The notes under the pieces were generated by a model, which was not told the origin of the DNA, did not search any database, and saw only the letters and a program-made list of their open reading frames with translations. Position numbers and translations under genes: made by a program. This document shows, in pieces, positions 23,801-35,800 of a DNA stretch of 64,000 bases. Numbering within the stretch: the first letter of the stretch is position 1; every line of letters starts with the position of its first letter. Source of the stretch: Macrostomum hystrix (Eukaryota > Animalia > Platyhelminthes); the NCBI GenBank assembly GCA_950097015.1, contig CATNEN010000037.1, forward strand, positions 248,001 through 312,000, in the 5' to 3' direction.

Positions 23801-26800
23801 CTAATCGTTATTTCCGTTTATAATCAGATTTTCTCATATTGATATTGATTCAGTGTGTCTGTAAAGTCAGTGTGCCTGTAAAGTCGGTGTGTCTGTAGAG
23901 TCTGTGTGTCTGTAGAGTCAGTATGTGACTAAGACTTTAGGTTTTAAAGTGTTATGGAAAATTGCGCCATCATTGTTATTGTTGTTTTGGTTATAACGCT
24001 CATGATTTACCCAGCCGGCCCGTGGTGTACTGCATCTCGTCTTTGAGATAGTCGGCGCTGCCAATCCAATCATTATAAGAGTCCGAGCGCATCAGGGTGG
24101 TGGCATTCAGCCGACTGCCGTCCTCCAGTACGGAGTCCAACTGCTGATGCTCGGGCTTCTTGGCCCAGTCTCGAAGGCGCGGTCTCGGATCGGCTTTTTA
24201 GTATTAGAAGTTAAACAAAAATGATATTGAATTCGGCATCTGAGAGTTACTCATATTTTCATTCCGCGATTCGCTACTGCTAGTAGCGTGTGCTGAGCGA
24301 ACTGTGAAACGCGAACGGAAGCTAGTAGCAAAGATAGCAAAGATAGGGTTTATTTAATTTGCTGCCAGTACGAGTACGGCTGACCATGTTTCTGATCTAG
24401 CAAATCGCTGACCACATAATAAGTGCTAAAACTGGACAGTTGATAAAGAACAAATAATGTCGATATTAATATGTCTTTCACGAGTGTATTTTTTATAGCA
24501 TGTGCTTCTCGTATTGTGGCCAGTATCTAAACTGCTGAAAGATTTTGTGAATCGTTCATAGCCTGCAGGCAGTCTTCTTACGTGACTGGTGGAAATGTAA
24601 ATGCTGAAGAAATGCAAATATAAATCACAGCATCTCGTAGCCTTTCCTCGAAAGCAAAAAACGTGTTTCAGGGTTTTCCAAGCACTGTCAAATGCAAAGC
24701 CTGTTTTGATAGCCAAGCGGAGCTTTTGAAAGCAGAAGAAAGCACGAAGATGGAGCTTTTGCTTTTATTTCACTTTTCTTGAAGCAAAATTTCACGTGGT
24801 CGTCAAGCCAATTTCTCAGGCTAACAGGGCGTGGCTGTTAAAAATGACTTTAAAACAATTTGTAATACTTTTAAGTGCCTCCGCAGACGTAGGCGCAATC
24901 TTAAAATAGCTCTCTCACCTGCATCATCATCAGACTCGGACATGAGGTGCTCGGCCACTGTGTCCGGCCTGCTGATTTCGATGGTCTCTTCCAGGATGAC
25001 CTCCTCCTCCCAGTTCTCGATGGTTGTGGTCACGCGTCGCAGCAGTTCAAAGATGTTGATAAAGTTCTGCTTCTTGGCGATGTGAGCTGGGGTCCAGTTG
25101 CGCTGCAGTGTAGGAGGGCAAATGCTTTGTCAGAGTTTTAGCTAACATCTAAGTGAAAAATACAGCATGCTTTCCAAGGGTAGTAAAAAATTCACACACT
25201 GACCAACTGAACAACGGAGAACAGCCCCCATATGCCTAGCGAGGGATCCGTACGCCAACAACAACTACAACGAAGAACAGCTCACACAATGACCGAGTCA
25301 ACAACGGAGAACAGCTCACACAATGACCGAGTCAAAAACGGAAAACAGCTCACACAATGACCGAGTCAAAAACGGAGAACAGCTCACACAATGACCGAGT
25401 CAACAACGGAGAACAGCTCACACAATGACCGAGTCAACAACGGAGAACAGCTCACACAATGACCGAGTCAACAACGGAGAACAGCCAACGGAGAACTACA
25501 TGGACTGGAGAGGTCGTCAAACTCACCCAAATATCTACCCTAGCTGACCCATTTTACAGATGGAAGAATAGAAGCAATAAAAAACTCTCTTGCTCAAGGA
25601 CACACCTTGCTCTGTCTATGCAAATCGAACTCCCGACCTTTCAAGCTATAATAAAAAATGAACAACGGAGAACAGAATGACCAATGAGTCATACTTGAAG
25701 GTATCCCTTAGGCTAGACAGTAATTCAGACACTCATGCATCATTCAGCACTTCAAACTGAACTAGAGCAGCTGATTGTGTCAGCATTACCTGCGCGCACA
25801 ACAAAAAGACAGCGGAAAAGGTCAAGCAGCCAGTAAATGGAAGCCGGGAAGCAAGTATGAACTTATTTTTCCTGCATTTGTCTGTTTATACTGGCGCTTC
25901 ACTCTTAACTTCAAGAATTCGGCTAGGGAATTGTATTTAGGGAGGAAAAGAGTTTTTGGCAAAAGAGTGACAGCAATGTTCTGGTTGTGTGGGAGACTTT
26001 CTTATTTTCCATAAGAACGGTTCGTCTTCGGGTCAAAAAGCGACAGGCAAGCAGGCTTGTGTGCGTGTGTGTGGAAGCAACTGGATGGAAGGGGCATTCT
26101 CTGGCCTGCAAATACCATTTGCCGGGTCCGTACATTTGTGGATTATCTCGGCTTTAGAATTCTATACTAGTTGCATCGCTGCTAAAACCATGCGTAATTC
26201 AAGCAAGACCCATCCATGCACTTAAGACAAGCAAAGCACTTAGACATCAACTTTGACAGTATGCACATGCTCCCGACCATTTACTTGCGGGCTTGTAGCC
26301 TAGTGGTTTGAGCGTTGGACTCACGACTGTAAGTCTTGTGTCCTTTAGCAAGGCACTTCACTCTGCATCGCTTCAGCCTACCCAGCTGCTAAATATATGC
26401 CCCCCGACATTCGTCCATGGACTGGACAACTGTACGCAGCTTTAAGTTGCGCCGTGAAATAGCTGTGCTGTCTGTTGACCCAATTCGACTTAATTAGGAC
26501 TCTCGCAGCTTCTACTCACCCCATTCCTCATGTTGGGATCAGCTCCGGCCTCCAGCAGTAGCGACACTACCTGCAGGTGGCCCTGCTGAGCCGCCACGTG
26601 CAGCGGCGCGAACTTTTGTTGCGTCAGTGCGTTGGCGGCGGCTCCCTGGCGCAGCAGAAACTTCACCATGGCCGCCTGGCCAAAGAAGCTGGCCGTGTGC
26701 AGCGGAGTGTAGCCCGCCTTGGTCTGCGGATCCACCTGGCCGCCGTGCTGAATCACCAGCACCTCGGCGGCCGGCACCCGGTCCTCCTGCGCGGCCAGGT

Positions 26801-29800
26801 GAAGCGGCGCGATGCCGTTGTGCGACGCCTGGTCGACTCCGGCGCCGCGCGAGCACAACAGGGCGCACATCTCGGCTCGGCCCTCCTGGGCGGCCAGGTG
26901 CAACGGTGCGAAGCCGCTCTTGGACTCCGAGCGCGGATTGGCGCCGGCCGACAACAACTGGCCCGCCAGATCCAGGTGGTTCTTGCGGGCCGCGATGTGC
27001 AGCGGGGTGTAGCCATTGCTGGCCACGCAATTCGGATTTGCCTTGGCCTCGAGCAGAGTGGCCGTGACTGAGGTCCTGTTGTAGTGCGCCGCCAGGTGCA
27101 GCGGCGTAAGGCCGTTCCTACCGCGGGCATTCGGATCGGCGCCGCGAGCCAGCAGGAGCTTGGCCACGCCGGCCTTGTCATACTTGGCGGCGTTGTGCAG
27201 CGGTGTGGCGCCCTTCTTCGTGGTCAGCTGCAGGCTGGCCTTGTGGTCCAGCAACAGGGTGGCAACCTGTTGGCGGTGATGAGTTTCATTAGAGATCAGT
27301 CCCATTAGCGATGAATCACGTTAGAGATGAGTCACATTAGAGTTAATCTCATTAGAGGCCAAAGGTTGCTGACACATTCAAGAAAGTTCAAAGAAAATCA
27401 TTTGAGATGCATTTTTTATTTCGTACGACCTTTTATCAAGCTTTTTCATTGTACGAAAGACAAACAAGCATCGATTTAAAAAGAAGTTCTAGAACTTTCT
27501 CACCTCTTCGTGGCCTTCCCTGGCGGCAACGTGCAGTGCAGTGTAGTTGTCCTTGCAGGTGGCGTCCGGACTGGCGCCCGACTGCAGCAGCAGGGCCACC
27601 AGCTCTGCGTTGCCCAGGCGGCTGGTCACGTGCAGCGGCGTCTGGTTGTCCTTGGCCCGGGCGTCCGGCTGGGCACCGCAGCGCAGTAACGCTCTGGCTG
27701 CGTCCACCTGACCGCTGCGAACGGCCAGGTGAAGCGGCGTCTCTGAGCGCACCGTCAGGCTGTTGACGTTGGCACCGTGCTGCAGCAGCAACAGAGCGAC
27801 GCTATTGTGCCCCATAAAAGCGGCCACGTGCAGCGGCGTCAGGCCGGACTCCGTGGCAGCCTCAACGGCGCAGCCGAACTGCAGTAGCAGCTCGATGACG
27901 CGGATGCGGTTCTTCTTGCAGGCGATGTGCAGCGGAGTGAAGCCGTTCAGAGCCCGAGCGTTCACCATGCAGCGATGGTCTAGGAGCAGCTTGGCCTACC
28001 CGGGTGTAGCCACAGTGCGCGGCCACATGCAGCGGTGTCAGCAGGTCGATGGTGGTGTCGTCCAGATTGGCGCCCCGGGTCAGCAGCAGGCGAGCGCAGT
28101 CAACATGATCGCCCTGCGTGGCCATGTGCAATGGGCTGAGGCCGCTGCGCGACTTCAGGCCGAAGCTGGCGTTGCTGCCCAGCAGCTGGTCGACGACGGC
28201 GTACTGGCCGGAGCGGCTGGCGCAATGCAGCGGGGTCAGGCCGTCCCGAGTCTTGCAGTCGACCTCGGCGCCATGTTCCAGCAGTTTCTGCACAACGGGC
28301 AGCATGCCCCACTTGGCGGCCACGTGCAACGGCGTGATGTTGTTCCGAGCCTTTCAAGGGAAGGGTTGGAATGGGGCCAATAGTGTTAGATTCGCGGCAC
28401 ATCTGTACCCATTTTTAAATGCTGGCGCGCTACATCCCGATGAATTTTAGTCTTCGTTAGGGTAAACCGTAGGGGAGGGGGTGAGTTGCAGAGCGGTCAA
28501 ATGCGTTTGCCTCTCGCACCAAGGTCCCTGAGCTTGATTCTGCGGCGAGGCCACATTTTTGGGGCGCATTCGCGGAAAGAGGGCTTGGTTGCTTGTGGTG
28601 CAATTTACGCCCTTAAGGGCCAAATTCCAAGGCACAGTGAATTGTACACTGCCTGACAATGAGAAAACCAGGGCAGATGTACACACATGTGTGAGCGTGT
28701 GCCTGCGTTCAGTATCTGTGTGCGTGTGCGCTTAGGATTCAGTGGAATGGCCAGAACTGCCTTCTTGCTGGCTGCGGGTCTAGTGTCACCAAATGATGTG
28801 CGAGTGCCCTCAGTCCTCCCGCAATTATTATTCTTATTTCAGGGTAAACCGTTCGATTTCTGGCCGATGGCTCGAGGGACTCCGCAATGGTGGGAGTGCG
28901 GAGCGGTAATGAATCTCGCACCAAGTTCTCTGAGCTCCCATTGTCCCTTCGTCGTAAAATATATGCCTATGAAGGCCAACTCTGAAGGCACAGTTAGAGT
29001 GTACACTGCCTGACGATTAGAAAGTCAGGACACATCTTGCCGGCCTGTTTGATTCTTTATCTGCGTAGGTATCCAGCAAGTCAACGTTGTCAACCGTCTC
29101 ACCTGGAAATTGACGTCAGCTCCCTTCTCGATGAGCAATGCCGCAACGCCCAGAGAGCCATAGTGGGCGGCGATGTGCAGGGCGGTGAAGCCGCTGCCTG
29201 CCTGGTGGTTCGGGTTGCTGTCAGAGGTCAGCAGCAGCGTGGCCGAGCGAACGTCGTCTTTCTTGGCTGCCACGTGCAGGGCTGGCATGCGCGACCGGCC
29301 CCGGCTGTCGTTCTCGAGCAGGATGGCCACGACCTTCTCGTGGCCCTGCTGCAGTGCCACCGCCAGCGGCGTGAATCCGTCAGTGGTGGCCAGCGTCTGT
29401 GAGGCCCCAGAGGCCAGCAGGAATTTCACAACCTCGACGTGGTTCTCCTGCGCGGCCATGTACAATGGCGTGAAGCCGTTCTGCGATTGGCAGTTGACCT
29501 TGGCATCCTTCTCAATCAGCAGCTTCACCACCTCCAGCTGGCCAGCCAGGCAGGCAATGTGCAGCGCAGTGTTGCCCTTCTTGGTACACGCGTCCGGGTC
29601 GGCATTTCGCATGAGCAGCTCGCGAACCACCGCCGTGTGGCCCTCCTTGGCAGCCAGGTGCAGCGCGTTAAGACCGTTCTGTTTTGGGGCAAAGGGGCAC
29701 GGTCAGACTAAGTCGGCATCAGTTCTTAAAAACTCATTTTCGACTTCATTTGTACCTAGTTAAGATTCTTGGGCTAGTTATAATTTCAGGCCTCAATACT

Positions 29801-32800
29801 TGGAAGAGCAATTTAATTATCCTTTAAGGAAGCATACTTAATAGGATTACTTATAGATCAAACACCCTTGAATACTTGGAGCTGTGCATGATGAAACCAT
29901 TTGGGTGCTTTCTGATTTCTAGCTATCCCCAGCATTTATTCTGACACTCGGCTAGAAAAAAAGGTTTCTAAAAAAACCAAACACAACAGCCGGTGAGAGA
30001 AGAGAAGAACTAAAATAGCAGCTGCAGGTGCCGAGGAAAAATTTGAAACATTTGTCAGCCTCCTGAACCGAACCTCAAATTCTCGCTAATCTCGGATAGA
30101 GGAGGGGCTGAGTGCCAAGACTGATATAAATCAGCTGCTGCTGCTGAGTCCAGGGAAAGAGCAAGGGAGAAGGGGAGCAGGGAGGGGAGGTGCCAACGGA
30201 ACAAGTCCCAAATAGTCAGCTGGCAAGGCAGAGCTGAAAATGTCGAGAGCTAGAAAAAAATGAGTAAAAGAAACGTAGTCAGCCTAGAGGGGGGAGGTTT
30301 CGATCGCTAGGCTGAGATTTATGAAAGGCAAACACGGTTCTTAATTAAATGTAACACCGGCCATGGCAATGGATGGCTAGAGTAGCGGTGCTGCGTGTAT
30401 GCTCCAAAGTTTTGCAGTACCGCACACTGCGGCGCAGAAACTGGCCAGGAAGCAATTATCGATTGCTCTGCAACTCTTTGTACAGGCAGCTGTCAATGAA
30501 GCTACTCTGGAAGCTATAAGCTAAAGCCTTTGTCATTTGCCGGCTTTACCGGGTCCCAGAGCGGCCATAGGCAGACAAAAGGAGGCCTAGCTGATGTATC
30601 GACTGTTGATGAGAGCATGTAGCAGCCGATATTTAAATCAGCTTTGACACGCGCGCAAGGGCCCTTTGGGAATACTTCGCTACAATAATGGTATTAAGGA
30701 TGGTATCAAGGATGGTATCAAGAATGGTATCAAAGATGGTATCAAGGATGGTATCAAGGATGGTATCAAGGATGGTATCAAGAATGGTATCAAGAATGGT
30801 ATCAAGAATGGTATCAGGGATGGTATCAAGGATGGTATCAAGGATGGTATCAAGGATGGTATCAAGGATGGTATCAAGGATGTTACCAAGGATGTTACCA
30901 AGAATGGTATCAGGGATGGTATCAAGGATGGTATCAAGGATGTTATCAAGGATGGTATCAAGGATGGTATCAAGGATGTTATCAAGGATGGTATCAAGGA
31001 TATTATCAAGGATGGTATCAAGGATGTTACCAAGAATGGTATCAGGGATGGTATCAAGGATGGTATCAAGGATGGTATCAAGGATGGTATCAAGGATGGT
31101 ATCAAGGATGGTATCAAGGATGGTATCAAGGATAGTATCAAGGATGTTATCAAGGATGGTATCAAGGATGGTATCAAGGATGGTATCAAGGATGTTATCA
31201 AGGATGGTATCAAGGATGTTATCAAGGATGGTATCAAGGATGGTATCAAGGATGTTATCAAGGATGGTATCAAGGATGGTATCAAGGATGGTATCAAGGA
31301 TGTTATCAAGGATGGTATCAAGGATGGTGAGTCGTAAAATAGCTTCAGTTGAGGGGGGCATTTGTAGGTCTCCCTACTCATCTAGTTTTTTAGTTCTTTG
31401 GTTTTTACGTCTTAGAAACGCACAATGAAGGAGTGTGTACCGTCTCACTGACGTGTGTTCTGTCCTCTATCAGTCGCACAACTCACAGTCTCATCGTAAA
31501 AGTGCAGAAAGCGCTCCATCTCTGGTGACAGTGTGAATCTGGTCTGCCTCGCGGCGCCCCTGGCCATGCGTTGACGCACAAAATCTCGCTAGAGATTAAG
31601 AAGTCGGCCCGGAATTACTCTATAATCCACGGGTTCGCTCATTGATGGCAGAGCCTCAGAGCGGAATATTATGATCCTTCGAAGCGAAAACTTCCCGAAG
31701 AGAGACAGAGAGAGAGCGAGACAGCCGGGCTCGCCTTTCACAATGGTCAGGCATGAGTTGAGCAGTTGTAATACCGCGTTGCGGCTCGCCAGAGCGAAAC
31801 AGACATGAACTAATGAGCAGACTGGCTGCATGCCATGGCTTCTGAGCTACTGGTTGGTGGACTCGGCAATATGGCTGAGCTGATTGGCCCAATGATTTGG
31901 GCCTATCCCACTCCGCAACCCGATGCTGTCACAGCGCAGATTCTACGCTCTGAGTACACGACTGGGGCATCAAAGCATTTCAGAGAGACCTAGTCTGGCC
32001 TCTAGGAAAGTGAAGGGAAGTTTAGGGTCTTTAAATATCTGGTCATTTCTTTTCAAATACCCATTGGGAGCCTCTCGCGTGCCTAAAAAGATTGGCGGCC
32101 TGTTTCCAACCCTTCCCATCTCCCCATTAGAATCCCAGTGAAATATTTTCTTCCTGTAGGCATTTCGCGTATTCTATTAGCCATTAAAATGCGGTTTAGG
32201 GAGGCCGTCTGACAGTTTTGAACTGCGTGACTGACAAGCCCCGGCCCCGCCAAGTTTTATAGTTAAGTATAAACTCAAATATTGGAACATTGCATGGGCT
32301 TGCTCACAAGATGGGATTGGCAGTGAGAGATTTTCAGAAATTTGATGATTTCAGAGCTACTTGGCACTGAGTTCGTTCACTAGTTGTAGTGAGTAGAGAG
32401 GGGCGAGTAGGGAAATGTGAGTAATGAGAGGGTGAGTAGAGAGAGGGTGAGTAATGAGAGGGTGAGTAGAGCGAAGGTGAGTAATGAGAGGGTGAGTAAT
32501 GAGAGGGTGAGTAGGGAGGGCGTGAGTAGAGGGAGTGTGAGTAGAGGGAGTGTGAGTAGAGGGGGGGTGAGTAAGGAGAGGGTGAGTAGAGGGAGGGTGA
32601 GTAGCGCGAGGGTGAGTAATGAGAGGGTGAGTAGAGGGAGGGTGAGTAGAGAAATTGTGAGTAGATAGAGGGTGAGTAGATAGAGGGTGAGTAGATAGAG
32701 GGTGAGTAGATAGAGGGTGAGTAGATAGAGAGTGAGTAGATAGAGGGTGAGTAGAGTGAGGGTGAGTAATGAGAGGGTGAGTAGAGGGAGGGTGAGTAGA

Positions 32801-35800
32801 GCGAAGGAGAGTAGAGAAATTGTGAGTAGATAGAGGGTGAGTAGAGCGAAGGAGAGTAGAGAAATTGTGAGTAGATAGAGGGTGAGTAGAGCGAAGGTGA
32901 GTAGAGAAATTGTGAGTAGATAGAGGGTGAGTAGAGCGAAGGTGAGTAGAGAAATTGTGAGTAGATAGAGGGTGAGTAGAGCGAAGGTGAGTAGAGAAAT
33001 TGTGAGTAGATAGAGGCTGAGTAGTCTTGATGGTGGGTAAAAAGGAGTTTGAGAAATAGGGGGAGGAGGGTGAGGCAGGGAATCAGAGAGATGCAAAATG
33101 GAAGATATAAACAAGCCATTATAGAGTATAGAGTAAAATCACATGATTTCTGCAGTGATTTAAGTATCTTAGTGTCAGATCCCTCAAAATGCCAAGTATA
33201 TCTGGTTGGGCGGGAGAACAGATTCTGTATTCTGGTCTATCGGACTTGAAGTAAAGGACAGAGTAATATTAAAATCAGTTATTTGTAGCATCAGCTGCTT
33301 GGGCCAAGCACTGACTGGCACATGTCACGTTCCATTCCGTAACAGAAGGCCGTCTTGTTATATCCTAATTTTCATATTCTTGGGCTGGGCTGTGAGTAAA
33401 AATAACTGGCGCGCTGCTCAATAACCCGAGGCGCTGCGACGAAAAAACAGGTTTGAGGGCTACCAGCCAGGAAGACGATCACTCACTCACACCCTGCTCA
33501 AGATTCTCGAGCTGAGATGAAAAAAGGCACAATTTTCCGCCTAAAAGAATTTGGTTTCTTAGACAGTCCCTCAGAATAATTGAGGCGAGGATAATTGTCG
33601 GGGCGAGTGGCGGGTCCTCCTAGTTACTAAGCCGTCATGTCGCAGCCGTCCCGACACTTCGCTTCCTAGACACGAAAGGAAAACCCGGACCGAGTCTAGT
33701 GGAAGTAAGAGGGGTAGCTTGAATCCAATCTATTTTTAAGCCTGGGCGGTGAGAGAGCTCTGCCGTGTTGCTCTACTGCCAATAAGCACTTCCCCTTGCC
33801 ACTCCGTGCTGACACATCTTAACACTCAATCTGACACTTGTTGACAGCTCAATCTCACACCTGTTGACTGCTCAATCTGACACTTGTTGACAGCTCAATC
33901 TGACGCTTGTTGACTGCTCAATCTGACACTTGTTGACAGCTCAATCTCACACCTGTTGACTGCTCAATCTGACACTTGTTGACAGCTCAATCTGACGCTT
34001 GTTGACTGCTCAATCTGACACTTGTTGACACCTCTATCTGACACTTGTTGACTGCTCAATCTGACGCTTGTTGACTGCTCAATCTGACACTTGTTGACAC
34101 CTCTATCTGACACTTGTTGACTGCTCAATCTGACGCTTGTTGACTGCTCAATCTGACACTTGTTGACACCTCTATCTGACACTTGTTGACTGCTCAATCT
34201 GACACTTGTTGACTGCTCAATCTGACACTTGTTGACACCTCTATCTGACACTTGTTGACAGCTCAATCTGACACTTGTTGACTGCTCAATCTGACACTTG
34301 TTGACACCTCTATCTGACACTTGTTGACTGCTCAATCTGACACTTGTTGACTGCTCAATCTGACACTTGTTGACTGCTCAATCTGACACTTGTTGACTGC
34401 TCAATCTGACGCTTGTTGACTGCTCAATCTGACACTTGTTGACTGCTCAATCTGACACTTGTTGACTGCTCAATCTGACGCTTGTTGACTGCTCAATCTG
34501 ACACTTCTTGACACCTCTATCTGACACTTGTTGACAGCTCAATCTGACACTTGTTGACACCCCTATCTGACACTTGTTGACAGCTCAATCTGACACTTGT
34601 TGACACCTCTATCTGACACTTGTTGACACCTCTATCTGACACTTGTTGACACCTCTATCTGACATTTGTTGACTGCTCAATCTGATACTTGTTGGCACCT
34701 CTATCTGACACTTGTTTACAGCTCAATCTGATACTTGTTGGCACCTCTATCTGACACTTGTTTACAGCTCAATCTGATACTTGTTGGCACCTCTATCTGA
34801 CACTTGTTGACATCTCGATCTGACACTTGTTGACACTTCTATCTGACACTTGTTGACACCTCTATCTGACACTTGTTGACAGCTCAATCTGACACTTTTT
34901 TACACCTCTATCTGACACTAATTCAAGCCTGACAATAACCGACACCTCAATCGGACACTTTTAAACATCTTTATCTCACAGATATTGACATCTCGATCTG
35001 ATACTTGCTGACACCTCTATCTGACAGTTATAAATATATTAGGCCATTTTTGACACCTCATTCTGACACTTTTCAGATGTGAGCTAAGCATTTCCTAATA
35101 TTTGCTCGGAGGCTGAATCAGCACTCAATTTCGATCGGCAATGCTGAAAACAGCTCGTAGTTTGAGCACACCATTTCGCTTTCCAGAATAGATTGAAACT
35201 CTCCAGCTTTGTGGCGCATTAGAGAGGCAATTAAATGTGAGCACACTCGGTGCACAAAGTACAAAGCGTTGAGTCCATTAGACTCAACTGGAGCTTATAC
35301 TAATAGTTGATTAAGTATAAAGATGGACTCAGGAAGCAAATGTAGCGAGAAATTTAATCTGCTTTGTAATAATCAGCAACCGCTTGAGAGCCTCCCCTGG
35401 TCTAGCCGTCGGGCACTGGAGATAGGAGAGGCATAGAATGATATTTCCCATGGGAGAGCAGCACAGCTGGAGTCAACAATTGTCAGTGTATTTCCCAACA
35501 GCGAGGTCAGGGAAAGCTGCTTGTCGGATAAAAAATACTATCGACTCGCTGATCCGTTAGCACTGATGGACTGGCGTTTGAATCAATATCAGTTGTACTT
35601 TTGGGATCTAATTTCTGTTGCGAGATCTATTTCCACTCTTAATCTCTATTCAATTCTAATCTCTATCCACTTATGATCTCTATCCACTTATGATCTCTAT
35701 CCTTTTCTCGTCTCTATCCACTTCTAATCTCTATCCACTTATGTTCTCTATCCACTTATGATCTCAATCCAATTCTAATCATTATCAAATTCTAATCTCT

